Part shown: piece after piece, positions 24,404 through 38,363 of the stretch
Numbering within the stretch: position 1 is the first letter of the stretch
Layout: every line of letters starts with the position of its first letter
NCBI GenBank assembly: GCA_024704765.1
Contig: JAKMXF010000317.1
Location: forward strand, 182,194-246,193
Source: Oopsacas minuta
Taxonomy: Eukaryota; Animalia; Porifera
DNA length: 64,000 nucleotides
Direction: 5' to 3'
Notes under the pieces: model-generated
The model's input: only the letters and a program-made list of their open reading frames with translations
Database searches by the model: none
What the model was told of the DNA's origin: nothing
Position numbers and translations under genes: made by a program

Positions 24404-27072
24404 CACAGCCTACGTAACTATTGCCTTTTCACGCTCTCATATTTTCATAACCATGGATTACTTCAAGTCTATTTTATTATTGATCCATAATGTTCAAATA
24501 CAATATTATTAATATCATTTTGATACAGAAATTTTATAGAAGTATAATTATTATTCACCTGTTTATAATGATACAAATAACCCATTTATAGTTCAGCTAT
24601 ACTATAGTACAGTTTTGGGTATTAGCTCTTCTATGTTCGAGGAAAGGTCATTTTTCAGATTAATGAAAGTCACCCTTTCGAGTGAAGGTAGGCGCTATTT
24701 GCATTACAAAAACTGTACTATACTATAGCTCAGCTATATATATGGAATCTCATATTGATACACACGACTGTATGCCACAACACAACCTATGTTTGTATCA
24801 ATTACCAACTCGCTATACATCCTCTGACCCATTTTTCAGTAGTTCAATTATTATTTACCGATATTTCCTTACTCCTTAGCAATATGTCTAATAGGTGTAG
24901 TTCGCCAACTTCTCCTCCAATTATGACTGGAGCTAATTATACTCCAGTGTTTGAAATGGCGAATCATTGGTCAAAAGAATTGCAGGATGAATGGCGAAGA
25001 TTTCTTCATAGAGATGATGCATGGGAATTGGTAAAAATGTTCATCTGTTCGAAATATTTCAATGACGATGACGTGCTACTTCACTTCGATATTCCTATGG
25101 GTGATGGTGCAGTGCAGAAAGTTTCAGGAAAGCCTGGTCATATGTAAAATGCCAACCTCGTCAATCTACATAACTTCCCTTCTTATTTACAAGGGTCTTC
25201 TAAACAACCTGATCGTTTGGACCGAAATGAAATTGGTATCCGACTTTTCGTCATGCTCTGAGTTGAATTGTGCTTAACATAATTTAGAAAACGATAGCTC
25301 TTCTGTTTTTAATATTGATGATATCCAGCTAAAGTATACGACAATTAACTTAACTGAAAAAATGGACTTATATTCACTCAAGTCAGGGTGCATTACATAT
25401 TTTCAAGAAGATACTACTGGATCACTATTGACTATATTTCATCAGTTCTGTATTGATGATGCTTTACATGTGAGGTGTTTGTAAATGAAGTTGAACTTCC
25501 ATCCATAATCACTCGCCTTTCTGATATTCGTCAAATTTATCAATTAACTCAAAAGCTTGACACACATGAAGATATCAATACTGCAATTCTTCAGTTAGAT
25601 CTACCATAGAAATTTAGAACTTGTGAAGAAGATCCCCAGAGCATGAAAATCTTCAATCGACTTCAATTTATTTCGCTCACTACCAGATTTTGGAAGATGT
25701 GTAACATTCATAGTCCAGGGGAAGATATTCGACTACGCGGCCCTGATTCAAAGGTTTTCCAGCTTGAAGATGATCGTTTTGTGTTCTTTTCAAAGTTTGT
25801 ATCTTGGCTTCAGGATTGGAAGATCTATAGTTGTAGTAGTAGAGCTGGAAAAATTTGTTCATAAACATTTACCAGCATAATTCACACTTGTCAAATTATA
25901 CCAAGAATCATTAGCCATTTAATAAGCAGTGATTGTGAATTTTCTTACGTTTTGACAGGATTTCTACCAAACGATTCTCTTGAAAAACACTTTCGGGTTT
26001 ACAGATTAATGCCTGGCTATAATCACAACCTTTCGGTATGCCAAATACTTGAGAGTGAACGTAGAATTTTACTATCTAACATCTTAAAGTTATTCAGAGC
26101 TCAAGACAGCAAATTTGAGGATTCGGTAAAAGGATTTGGTAAGACTTTCTCATGTAACAATGAACCTGATAATACTGAAACACTCCAAACAAACCTGAGC
26201 ATATACTCTTCTCTTCTCCATCAGAACTTTGATTTTTCACCGATGACAGAAGTTCGCCCGTCCTCGGCTTTCATTGCTGGATATGCTATACACGGTATTT
26301 GCAAATCCAAATTGTATTCAAAGAAAGCTATTTACAATTCCACCACTTCATTATGTAATATTTGTGTATCTTTGCTCACATACAATGAACCTTTGCCTGG
26401 AGAGTGAAGATTCTGACTTGAATCTAATACACTTAGCTGACCGAAGAGGGCTTAAATATCCTTCAGATAAAGTTGTCAATGCAGTATTAACTAAGTAGAA
26501 AATCCTATATGAAATCAAACAGGACAATCGGCTGAAGAGACAATTTCTTGCTGGTACTAGTAAAACTATTCTTATTCAACTCAATTTCGAGGATAAAATT
26601 TGAGAATGTTGATTTATAGAGATTTGAGTGCCATAGTTGTCAAACACCATTCCATTGTTCTTTCAGCAAATGCTATCTTCAACCAGCAATTGTTTATTGA
26701 AGAATTAAGTTCGCAATCTAAACTCGAAAAGAACTTGGAAAATCAGCAGTGAATTAAAGTGGAAACTAAGGAAACTACAGAAAATACAAGCACTATTCAG
26801 ACTGTAATATAAGTTACAGTCTGAATAGTGCTTGTATTTTCTAGTACATATGTGTATTGTATTCATAATTTCATATATAGTTTGTTTATAGTTATTGTAG
26901 TAGTTATAGTGGTAAATAATCATCACCACTATCCACCTCGATTGTATAATAAATCAAAGCAGACTAATTAATGTCATTTCATCATGTATCGCTATTGTTG
27001 ATATTTTGGATTTAAGACTTGAAGTAATCTATAGTTCAATACCGCGAAGAGGCTATAGTTACGTAGGTTGTG
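24404..27072 (+). mobile_element. P-element-like (THAP) DNA transposon, degenerate transposase ~24884-26700
   Basis: TIR cacagcctacgtaactattgcc / ggctatagttacgtaggttgtg; flanking duplication tgaaagtca. THAP-like MSNRC..W..FICSKYF; NDSLEKHFRVYRLMPG, FIAGY, DRRGLKYPS. Confidence 0.72.
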
Positions 27073-28249
27073 TGAAAGTCAATATGCAAGATTTCCTTTT
27101 AGAAGAATATGTTGTATAGCCAAAGTGACACAATATCTGGAAATAGAATGAAATTTCATGGACTCGAAGTTCTTTGTATTGAGAATATTTGAATTCAAAA
27201 TACTTGTATACCTCAGGAAACATCTTGGATTATAATTATTGCTGTTATATTTTGATTATACAACTTTTCAAGTTAGTACTATTGACATTGCGAAAATACA
27301 CAATTTTTGGTTTGAATTTCAGCTCTAATGTAATTGTAAATATTTATCCTCGAGCAAACAGGTTAAATGGATGCATGTGAATCTGAATTATAAGAATGAA
27401 TTAAAATTAAAATTAAAATTTGAATCAAATACCAGGATTATATTAAAAAAATTCTCTGGTTTTGTTAAAAATTTCCTGACCGAACACGGTTTAAGGCTAT
27501 TAAAAGGGCCCTCACTACCAAAATGACATGAGATAGAGCTCGGTATAAGGAGTACAATCACCATGAACTGGAAATATATTAAATCAAGCACCAAAAGTAT
27601 TAAACAGTTTATCGGTGAGTGATGTGTAATAACGCAAAGATGTTCCACGCAAAAGATCTTCCCCGAATCGGCAAAATCGCTTCAGAATCTAACCCAATAA
27701 AATGAGCCAGATAATGCCTCATCTCGAGAGTAAGGTTATGTATCGAAGCAATTCCCGAGGGTTCAAGGGTAGTTCTTGGGCTTCTAATAAGCTCATGTTA
27801 GAGACTACCAGAGGATCCGGATGAAACGTCACTGCTGTTGAGATTGTGCTCTTTTGGAGTTTCTATCGCAACGACATCTCTACTACTACCGAACTCAAAG
27901 ATCTTGGACACTTTACTCTCTTGCCAGGGAGAAGGTGGGTACAGAATGAGATGAAATTATCGGTTTATCCTGCGAGAAGCAGGCCGAACTTTCTCCGCTT
28001 CGATTTAAACGGGAAGCCAGAATCGTCCGAAGTGGGAGTGGTATGCGAGGAATTAATACTCTCCCACCTGACTACCTGTAACTACCTCGCATCAATAAGA
28101 CGTTTGGTAGCATATCTTATGATTAAGCGAGTACCATTACACCAACCCTGATTAGGATTAAGATTACGCAAGGGAATGATCGACGCGTACTGTTTAAGGA
28201 TCAGTCGATGAGGGTGCATATCATAAGGACTCAAAGAATTCAAAAACTT

Positions 28250-30179
28250 TGTTAGGTACGTAGATGCTAGGTTATCGTAAACAGAATCAGCGGCGTAGTC
28301 TCGTCACAATGCAGATTACATGTAAATGTAATGAAAAAGTCAGGCTACCATATTCCTGATATACTCATCGCATCCTGATATAACTCAAACATTTGACGAG
28401 GGCTACCAGCGTGGGAGGAAGCGAGCATAACTCGACTTCCACAGTCTCAAGAGACTGCGTCACCCGCTGCACCTGCATCAGAAAAACCAATGTAAAGATC
28501 AGCTCGAATCTTATTTTGATTGTGAATGATGAAATTCAGTCGCTGTACTATCTTTGCCCACATATCCACAGCGTGTTGATAGAACAGTCTCCCACTGAGG
28601 TGCAGTTGACTCTGACTGTTCCTAACCATCAGGGGCTATGAATAGTACTTCATAGCGGTGACATTTCTCTTCCCTTTCTGGTGAGGAATACTTAGCTGGC
28701 AACAATCATCACCTGAGGGAAAGAGAAGAACATAATGTAATGCATCATTACCTTGGCGGGTTTCAGTTATCCTGGTCAGACCACCTGAACACGGGTGCAA
28801 TACTGTCTCTGCTGGCTGCCTCCTCTCCATAGCTGACATTTGACATAATGACAGTACTTATGGGGCAGTGGGCGTATTATACATTCAAGAGTCAGGAGTC
28901 CCCTCTGAACGGATATCCATTCTCACGTCATTAAGCCCTTCTGCGCGCATCACCTCTACACCATGTCTAAAGAAAGAAATGTAAGGGTTATTCTCATGCA
29001 GCATCTGTTAAAGTATTTTGGAGAACCGTCTCTCATGAAGAGACGGTTCTCCGCCTAAGCATCAGCAGTACGATCGTGAATATAGATTTGCGCGTATTTG
29101 GATGCCTCATTATCATTAGGCAACAATTGTCCAATGTTATGGTATACTACACTGTGTATACGAAATGTGTATACTCCCTCCTAAGCATTTGCCAGACCCT
29201 TATCTATATTAGCTCCAAGAGAAGCAAACGTTAGTGCACAATTGTACGCCGGATTTTCTCTCGAAAAGCTCTTGCACGTGGGTCAGGTGCAATCAGGAGG
29301 TCCATCAACAGGGCAGGGATTGAAGCTAAAGGGGATAGAACTACCTTCCCGTTCCCACAGCAAAGCGGTAACTTGATACATAACTTAGTACTACCCGAAA
29401 GCTTCTCCCCTCTCCCAGAATTTTGCCAGACATACAGAGCAGCTTAAACTAAAACTGTGCTACATGAATATTCATCCACATAACTATCTGTAACACCACA
29501 GGCAATTAGTGATCTGGCAAAATTTTGGGATATTCGGGATTTTCACTTATTAGAATACAACTCATTTCACTGAACTTTCCTTTCAAGACCTGATTCACCG
29601 TCAAAGAGTCCTGACGCTCTCGCTTATCGTGAAGACGTACATCACGCTCTTCAATCGTCTCCATAGATTGCTGAGTGCTTGACGTTCCCTCATGTCATGA
29701 AGACGGACAACATGGTCATTACTCGTCTCCATAGATAGCTGAGTAACCGGACGTTCACTCATATCATGAAGTCGAAGCTCTCGGTCTTCATCAGTCTCAG
29801 TATTCACCCGAGTAGCCTGACATTTACTCATATCGAGGCATCGCACAACTCTCTTTCTAGGAGTTTCAGCCTTCAACCGAGAATCTTGCCGATCAATTAT
29901 ATGTTTGAGTCTGGCTTTTCTCTTGGTTGGGGTCACCTTGTTCAAGCGCAGCCTATTACGCTCATTCTGCTCTTGGAGACCCTTTCCTTTTGATTTAGGG
30001 GTCTGAACTTGGACCTGCGACAATCTGCGATCACGCATCTGCAGGCGGAGAGTGCGCTCATCATTTGTTTCATCCTTCCTGACCTGGTGCTTCCGCTGCA
30101 CGTCAGTGATATAAAATATCTTGCCGTTTCCTCCAGCGTTTAGAAACTCATGGCATGTTTTGTACAATGATAAAATCAA
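28250..30179 (-). mobile_element. decayed 5' part of a Helitron Rep/helicase gene
   Basis: N-terminal RLHDM.ER repeats; FRIH..VYH.IG.LLP; KYAQIYIHD; LHENNPY; DALHYVLLFPSGDD; GRLFYQHAVD..RLNFI..NQNKIRADLY; GSPRQMFELYQDAM; PDFFITFTC. No helicase part seen. Confidence 0.8.
29600..29860 (-). repeat. ~69-bp (23-codon) degenerate tandem repeat in the Helitron N-terminus
   Basis: cgtctccatagat recurs at 29656 and 29724; peptide unit ETDEDRELRLHDMSERPVTQLSM. Confidence 0.6.
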
Positions 30180-31730
30180 GGACAGACATTAGGACGAAAC
30201 AAAGTATACATAGTAGCTGCTGAAATAAATAGGCTTAACCATAAAAATTATCATAAATACGTAGACTTAATTATAGGTGATTATGCTAAACATTGTGTTT
30301 GTTCATTAAGATATATTAGAGGCATTAATATTGTAATTATCTTTGCAATGTATGACGCATTTCTGCAACTGAATTGTAAGAACATGTATCACTATTTGAA
30401 AATGTCCAAAAACACGTAAACCGCAAACTTTCCCAATCTTTGAATAGGTCCTCTTTCTCAATCGTAGGTTATATTTGCTGGTTGTAATTGCGTTAAGAGA
30501 AGTTTTATTTTTGGGACAACTGAGTTAGAGAGTTTCTCGTCTTTATGAGTCATCAAACAATGAATTGGTGGGATTATGTGTGTTCCGATCTAAATAAATA
30601 TGGTGAAAAATTGATAGAACATTTTAGGTACTACATATAACGTGACAATAAACTGAATATCACTAATGCCGTCCATCATGTTGTGGATTTTTCCGAGAAA
30701 AATATCACAGCTATTCTTTCATCTAACATGACTTTAGCCTTTAATTTTATTGGAAATTTGTTGAGGATAATGGTCCACAAAATTATTTTGCATCCTTGGG
30801 AATAGTCTATTGTGATATTCTTCTTGATATAAACATCAGAGATTCGCATCCACTAAAAGTAACTTTATGAGCTGAAGGTTATGTCTTGTAACATAATTAA
30901 ATACTTCGCCAAGGTTGATGCGATACTTCTTTATACTTGTCCTGTAGGTAGATTTTATTAAAAACACTCCCAAGTTGTACGTACCAAATTCATAATTGTG
31001 ATCTGAATCCCTGAACAATGAACACTTTAAGCAAATACAATTTTTCTATTGGTAAAAATATTTTATCCATATGAAGTAGTAATGAAACAGAAACAAATGC
31101 CAGTAACATCTACTGAAAAGAGTAGGACTAATACAAGTATTTAGGGCAGGATCAACGTCCACTCATGAACAGAGTAGGAAAAATGCCATTATTTTGAGAG
31201 GACTAAAGTCTACTCCTGAAAATGAGAAAATCCGAATTTTAGAGCTAGCACTAACGTCTACAAATTAGAATTAGAAAAACGCCTACATGTAGTAGGACTA
31301 ACAACCCGCCCCCTTATATACGAATAATTAGTAATTAATATCCATTGTCCGTGTCCGTATGCGTTTTAATGGTGTACCACTTAACCTTTCGAAGAATAGA
31401 TTGCAAAATAGGATCAGAATTGCTCCATCTCAATTGACATTAGTGCCAGAAAGAATTCGATATTTGATTAGGTCCATAAGTATTTTATTAGCTAGGTGTT
31501 TTTAGAAAATATTTAATGGGACAAATATTGAAAGATTTAGCGTAAACGATGTTAACTAACATGGTCAAATAGGTTCATTAAGTATAATATGAAACACATG
31601 CTCGAATACACGTCCTATTACCTGATTCAATTATCGGAATTTTAGGATGATGATATCTTTGTATCCTTTCTTGATAACGAACAAATTGACCACTGCAATC
31701 GATTTTTTGTTATATAGATTTATCTTTTAG

Positions 31731-32068
31731 ATCACTTAATATCTATTCTTAAAACTCCTTACATTTCTATTTACAATGGAATTACTATGGGTGGTGGTGT
31801 AGGGATCTCTGTCCACGGTAGATATCGTATTGCAACAAATGTTAGTACATTTGCAATGCCCGAAACAGCTATTGGATTTCATCCTGATGTTGGAGGTTCA
31901 TTTTTCCTACCTAGACTTTCTGGCCATTTAGGTATGTTCTTGGCTCTTAGTGGTTATAGACTTAAAGGTCGTGATATCTGTCACTCAGGAATTGCAACTC
32001 ACTATATGCACTTAGATGAGATCTCAAGATTGGAATACCAACTTTCTCAAATTCGTGATTATAATGAG
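31731..32068 (+). CDS. HIBCH: HIBCH exon 2 of 3
   Basis: Acceptor tttTAG| gives [16 protein letters not shown]; GITMGGGVG and [16 protein letters not shown] (catalytic Glu/Asp pair). Donor gag|GTATGA, phase 0. Confidence 0.92.
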
Positions 32069-33229
32069 GTATGATCATTTTAGGATTGTTTCTACCATAT
32101 CCGTCTGTAATTTTACTTCTATATTCCGCTATTTAATGTAGCTCAAATTTAGCTAAAAACAATGTAAGAACATAATAGTCATCATCAATTTCAACTTTCT
32201 AATACACTGATTAATCGCTACCATAAAAAGATCAGTAAAAAGTAGAATTGACCATACAAGTTATAATATAAAGGATTATCGTATGATTTTCCGGTCGATG
32301 CCTCAATTGATATAATAATTCTTGATAACTTCTCGTTGTTTGTTTAAAGATTCACTATTTATTCCTAAAATATAACTGAGAAATTGTTTCAAGATTCAAA
32401 CCTACAAGGCAAAACACAGGTAATTAATGTAATAGCTATTATAGCTTATTGACCAAGAGCTACGCCCCGTCACGATTGGAAGACCTACAGGACCCCGACC
32501 CAGCTGACTGGGGCCCGCCCAAATATTCTCCGAGCAACACATCATTACTCGACCAGAAAAATAACTTTCTGGGGCAATTGTAGACTATACGTTATGACCT
32601 TACTGATTGTTTACAGCGGCCATAGGCTTTTAAATCTGGGGTGCACAAATTCAATCTGGTAGGAAACATCTAGAACTGGTTGACAATCAGATTGAATTTG
32701 TGCCCCCCCATATATCAAAGCCACACGACGCAACTGCCCAGCTGGATGGTATTAACCAACTAAAAATTTATTGATCCGCCGCTGTGCATGCTCCTGCTAA
32801 ACCCGTGAAACGCCTTGCCCATCGTCCTGCCCCTTCGAAACTTCGTGCCCACCCTAGGTAAAAAATCCTGGCGACGTCTCTGCTGTCAAGCCGGAGGATA
32901 CTCACTTACTTACTTCATTATTCGATAACATATACAGAAAATGTAAAATTTCCTCCTCCGATCCTGATATCCTGCAAATCCTTCCCCTGAGCCAAATTAT
33001 GTTCGGGAGTTTTAGAAACATCATTTTATCAATGAGCACAGTTTCAGTGACAATCATCAACAATATATTTCTAATAAAATTAGAACACAATGAGAATAGA
33101 ATTTTGGCAAATTTCCAGCCCATTTCAATGAAAAAAGTCCAAATTTTCCCGTTCACTGGGAAAAATAGGCCTTTGACCGATTTCATATTACATTTCTTTG
33201 GAAAAAAACATAGCAGAAACTTTGTCTTT

Positions 33230-33370
33230 GCTTTCTCTATTGACCGAATACTGCAGGGAAAATGTGTCACTTTATAACCTCAAAAACGTGCTGAAATCTC
33301 GGAGTGGGTCCTGGAATTGGTAAAACGAAGTGGTAAAATTATACTGTTCCTTTCGTTGCGAACGTAAAAC
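33230..33370 (+). pseudogene. short Merlin/ISXO2-like transposase fragment
   Basis: SIDRILQGK..., EWVLELVKRSGKIILF resemble the IDES and WVFG..ER motifs of the copy at 46.3 kb. Confidence 0.3.
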
Positions 33371-33399
33371 TTCAGCCGTAATCGGTTAAATTATGGGAT

Positions 33400-35600
33400 A
33401 ACAATTACATTCTTCGATGTAGTGTTTATCGATAACACCAGCTCTCTCTATTCAAACTTCCCATAGAAAATAATGCACTATTATATTCGGATCATGGGTT
33501 CCGTGAGATTGATTTTACCAGGTGTACATTTAATGATGGTCAGAATATCAGAATCGGAAATTCTATGTGTTTTCACATGTTTAGTTGTAGAACTTCAATA
33601 TTCTGAACCTCATTAGATGTAATAAGGGTGCACATTATCCCTTTCATGATCTATGATCCTAATATGAATCCTAATTTTAGGAGGCACTTTATCACTGGAT
33701 TAATGGTAAATGTGTAATATATGAAATCATTGGTTCAAGTAAATTTGAATATATATTTAAGTAAGGCTTTTCCACAGTGGTGTATTGTCTTAGGCAAAAA
33801 CAGCTTTATTTACCTCTAAAATTAGTTCATTATGAATTCAATTATGATTTAAATATATTGAGCCTTCAGGATTTTCTGTATGCGATTCTAAGACATGAAT
33901 TACTTTAGTCCTTTTACCCGAAAAGACCATCCATTTGTTTCCCATAGTTGCAGTAAAAATCCAAACAATTTTTTCCAATACCGAAGCTACCGCAAATATT
34001 CCACTTCAGTTCCCGAAGTTGTGTTCTAACGCTTATTCGTTTTGATAATATAATCAGTTAGTATTCGAGTCAATTTGAATTTTGTGGTGTATGATTCTAG
34101 AAGAAACTAGTGATTAATCAGTTTTAAGTAAAACCTTTTCACAATTACATTTCGTTCCCTTATAAGTAATGCGTTGGAACTTAAGAAATTTATAATCTAG
34201 TAAACTCAACTCTGTAATATCTAAATCGAAAATTATTTCTACTTTCTTACCTGGTCAACTAATATGTTTAACTTCTCTGGATATTTAACCTAATTACACA
34301 CAGACTTGAATGGTACTTTTATTTCTGTATTTGCTAACGGCTTTTGTATACTGCCTAATGATCTAATTTTTTCTTTTCTTTAAATATTTTGTTTGCAAAG
34401 GCATAAAAGAATATTTAAATCCAGCAATCCTATCTTCTATATTTACATGAATAGACCTAATGAAATCAGCTGCTCTCTTTCTTGTTTCAGAAGTATAAAT
34501 GCTGTACTTCACTATGCTAAACCAGTTTTCAACACTAGCGTTGCTGTCTTTTGAAACACTACCTAGTGTAATTATTGTAAACAAAATTCTTCCACTCCAT
34601 TAAGGTAATAATGGCATATATTATGTCGATAGAAAATCAATTATTCCAAGATAATAATTTACATTAATTCTTTTACTTGAGAAGTACTAACTGCAATGTC
34701 AAGATTATTCTAATTATCCTTGATTATGGCTTTTTTTTTCGAAATGCCTACCAAATGGAGACATATGCCTGTAAGTTAAAGCATTACATTCTACAGTTGC
34801 TTCACCTTCATATTCCTCGGATATTTATTACTAACTTCTATCTCACATCTAACTCACATCTCTAATTCGGCAAATTTATTATAATGATCATTGGATCGTT
34901 TCAAAACCTAAAATATAACATATTAATTCAACAAGATGGTCAATTCATACCAATTTTTATATTTTAAGATCTGACCAAAAACATGTGACTATTCTCTTGA
35001 GCTTGATCTTTATCCATTATTATCTAGTGTCTATATTGTAACTGATCCTGTGGATTACATAGCTGTACACAGATGTAAAACGGTATATAAATTTAAATTT
35101 TCACTATTAGATACAAGCCTCCAAATATTTTTGAAGGTAATTCCTAATAGTAAATCCATTAAATCCTAAACAACAACTAAGTATCATAGCCCAGCTATAA
35201 TCCATTTCTACTTTATTTATTTTAAAGTTTCTATTAATGACAAATTTTGAATTTAACACCAATTATTCAAAAATGTGAAATTTCAGTTGTCTCATGATCA
35301 CTACTGATTATTTCTCTACCGGTATTGGACTAGTAGAATTTTCAAGATGTTGGATTGTCAAAGCATAATATACAATTTTTTAGAGCATGGAAGTGGTTTA
35401 CTAATTAGGGACCCAGTAGCATCGAAATTTTTGACAACAAACTGACTCTTGAACAATTTTAAGAATTCTATATGTTTAGAAGTATACATATGTATAACAA
35501 ATGGATCTTGCACAAAGTACTGAACATAACCTGGAATTGTGGAATCAGATAACGGGAGTACTGCTGAATAGCAGCCATATCTTCCATGTAAGAATTAGAG
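33400..35600 (-). pseudogene. heavily decayed NOF/FB-like (Mutator-related) transposase
   Basis: EIISSDHETTEISHF, LHLCTAM, MPLLP.WSG, KDSNASVENWFSIVK. Family assigned from remembered motifs only. Confidence 0.45.
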
Positions 35601-36353
35601 ACTTACTAGCAGATTTAATTTCTGATTTAACTTTCTTTAACCATTCCGCCGATGTTCAATAAGTTAAATTGCCATAACAAAATCCTCCTGATTTGTCAGA
35701 ATCTTTTCAACCGATAATATTCAAACTTCAAAACACACATATTACTTACATCATGAAACTTAGAAGAAAATACATTCGTCCAATTACCTACTAATGACAT
35801 TCAATGGTTTGAATTAGTAATACACAAATTAGCCCTTTCTGTGATTTCGAGATAAATTTCACACAATTCCATGCTTTCAATCTCAAACCTCCAGAGCTGA
35901 CCTCTAAAACTTATCGACAACTTGTTCACTTTCTACATTACTCTTACGATTGTGAACCTGGGGAAGGGGAATTGGTTCCTTAACTAAACATTCAACACGA
36001 ACAAGGTATTCAGAATAAACTTTTTGTAAGCTGGTAATATCATTAGTATCGAATTCCTTTCTTGGTTCCAATGCCCAACTAATGAAATAGCACAAAATAT
36101 CTCCACTTAAACAGATATATTTTACCCAACATTTGATGAACTAAACTATGACTGGGTTATGTCACAACTAAACACAACTAACAGTGTGCTATACTCGACA
36201 ATGCTTTTGCTATAAGCACCTGCGATGATATTAATGAAATGAAAACACCCATCAATATATCATGTATAAGTGAATTGCAAAATTCCAGGTATTTTTATAG
36301 CATTAGATAACAAATACAAATTTTCTTCAGAATTTTTTATCAATACGTGCAAT

Positions 36354-38363
36354 TATAAAGAAAATGTATCCCGTCCTCCGTTAGCGAGGTAATCTGTAGT
36401 GATATATAAGCAAGGGAGTCCCAGGATAGCGCACACCACATAGTGGGCGAGAGTTTGCAGACAGCATCAGAGGGTACTGCTGCTAAACTACCCAAACTGG
36501 ACAGCCTGAAGCGGACGATACAACGCTAACGTGCTAGTGTACTTGCCGCTCCAGCACAGCCTACCACTCTAGCAGAGCTAGCTCTACCAGCAGTCTACCA
36601 GCAGACAGCCAAGGGAGAGCAGTTCTTACTCTACGACTCTGGTAAGGATGATGTACACAGATTCCTCATCTTCGGCACACAACGCAACCTCAGGATGCTG
36701 CGGCAAAGCAAGATCTCGCTAGCTGATGGCACCTTCAAGACGGCACCTCCTCTCTTTGCCCAGGTGTATGTGATGCATGGACTCCCTGGAGATGACGCTA
36801 TGAAGACAGGTCATCTGTTGCCGAGCCTGTTCGTGCTACTGCCCAACAAAACAGAGGATACCTACCGGAGGATGTGGGAGCAGATCCGCCTACTCTGTCC
36901 TCTTGCCCAGCCTGAAAAGATACTCCTGGGCTTTGAGAAAGGCGCAATTAACAGCTTTGAGCATGTCTGGCCTAACATAGTGGTGAAGTGCTGCTTCTTC
37001 CACCTTACACATGACGAAGAGCTGGCTATTCGCATCCGGAAGATATCAGCCCTTGCATTCGCCCTACCAGCCGACGTACCCAATCTGTTTGGCCAAGTGG
37101 CAATGGACCTCCCCCTTACGCCTGAGATAGCCGATGTACTCGACTACTTCGAGAGGACATATATAGGGCACACACTAGCCAGCGGATGCCATATAGCCGC
37201 GACGTTTCCCATCGACCTGTGGAACTACCACTTCAGCACGCCCTTCAGACTCTCCCGTACAAACAAGGCCGTAGAGGCATGGCACCGCAGCCTCAATGCC
37301 ACTGTCGGCTGCAATCACCCCACCATATGGAAGTTCATCTTCGCCCTCAAGCGTGAGCAAGGCCTAGTGGAGGTGCGGTAGACTAACCACCTTGCTGGGA
37401 AGACACCAACCAAGCGGAGGAAGTCTCAGCAGAGTGAGGATGCGTTGAAGACTCTAGTTGAGGAATATTATCCACCAAACCGTACTAAGATGGAGTTCTT
37501 GTAGGGTGTAGTACATCATTTCAGTCTGGGAGCGGATTAACATGTTAATCTAAAGTATTATCTCAAATCAAATATATTTGAGGGCTAGATAATATGGAAG
37601 ATAATATGGAAGAATGCCACTTGGCCAAACAGATTGGGTACGTCGGCTGGTAGGGCGAATGCAAGGGCTGATATCTTCCGGATGCGAATAGCCAGCTCTT
37701 CGTCATGTGTAAGGTGGAAGAAGCAGCACTTCACCACTATGTTAGGCCAGACATGCTCAAAGCTGTTAATTGCGCCTTTCTCAAAGCCCAGGAGTATCTT
37801 TTCAGGCTGGGCAAGAGGACAGAGTAGGCGGATCTGCTCCCACATCCTCCGGTAGGTATCCTCTGTTTTGTTGGGCAGTAGCACGAACAGGCTCGGCAAC
37901 AGATGACCTGTCTTCATAGCGTCATCTCCAGGGAGTCCATGCATCACATACACCTGGGCAAAGAGAGGAGGTGCCGTCTTGAAGGTGCCATCAGCTAGCG
38001 AGATCTTGCTTTGCCGCAGCATCCTGAGGTTGCGTTGTGTGCCGAAGATGAGGAATCTGTGTACATCATCCTTACCAGAGTCGTAGAGTAAGAACTGCTC
38101 TCCCTTGGCTGTCTGCTGGTAGACTGCTGGTAGAGCTAGCTCTGCTAGAGTGGTAGGCTGTGCTGGAGCGGCAAGTACACTAGCACGTTAGCGTTGTATC
38201 GTCCGCTTCAGGCTGTCCAGTTTGGGTAGTTTAGCAGCAGTACCCTCTGATGCTGTCTGCAAACTCTCGCCCACTATGTGGTGTGCGCTATCCTGGGACT
38301 CCCTTGCTTATATATCACTACAGATTACCTCGCTAACGGAGGACGGGATACATTTTCTTTATA
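36354..38363. repeat. long inverted duplication: arms 36354-37102 and 37615-38363 (749 bp each), 512-bp spacer
   Basis: Arm ends pair with a constant coordinate sum (74717), so there is no net indel. The mirrored ORFs 36695+/38022- are identical up to the arm end; no mismatch seen by eye. Confidence 0.93.
36410..37540 (+). pseudogene. 5'-truncated MULE (Mutator-like) transposase
   Basis: FLLYDSG, DGTFKTAPPLFAQVY, LLPNKTEDTY, GFE (DFE aspartate lost), CFFHL, DYFERTYIG, RTNKAVEAWH, HPTIWKFI. Internal stops present. Confidence 0.85.

Noticed and set aside
37585-38022. ORF 37585-38022 as an independent transposase gene
   Set aside because: It is the mirror arm of the inverted duplication and runs into junction sequence.
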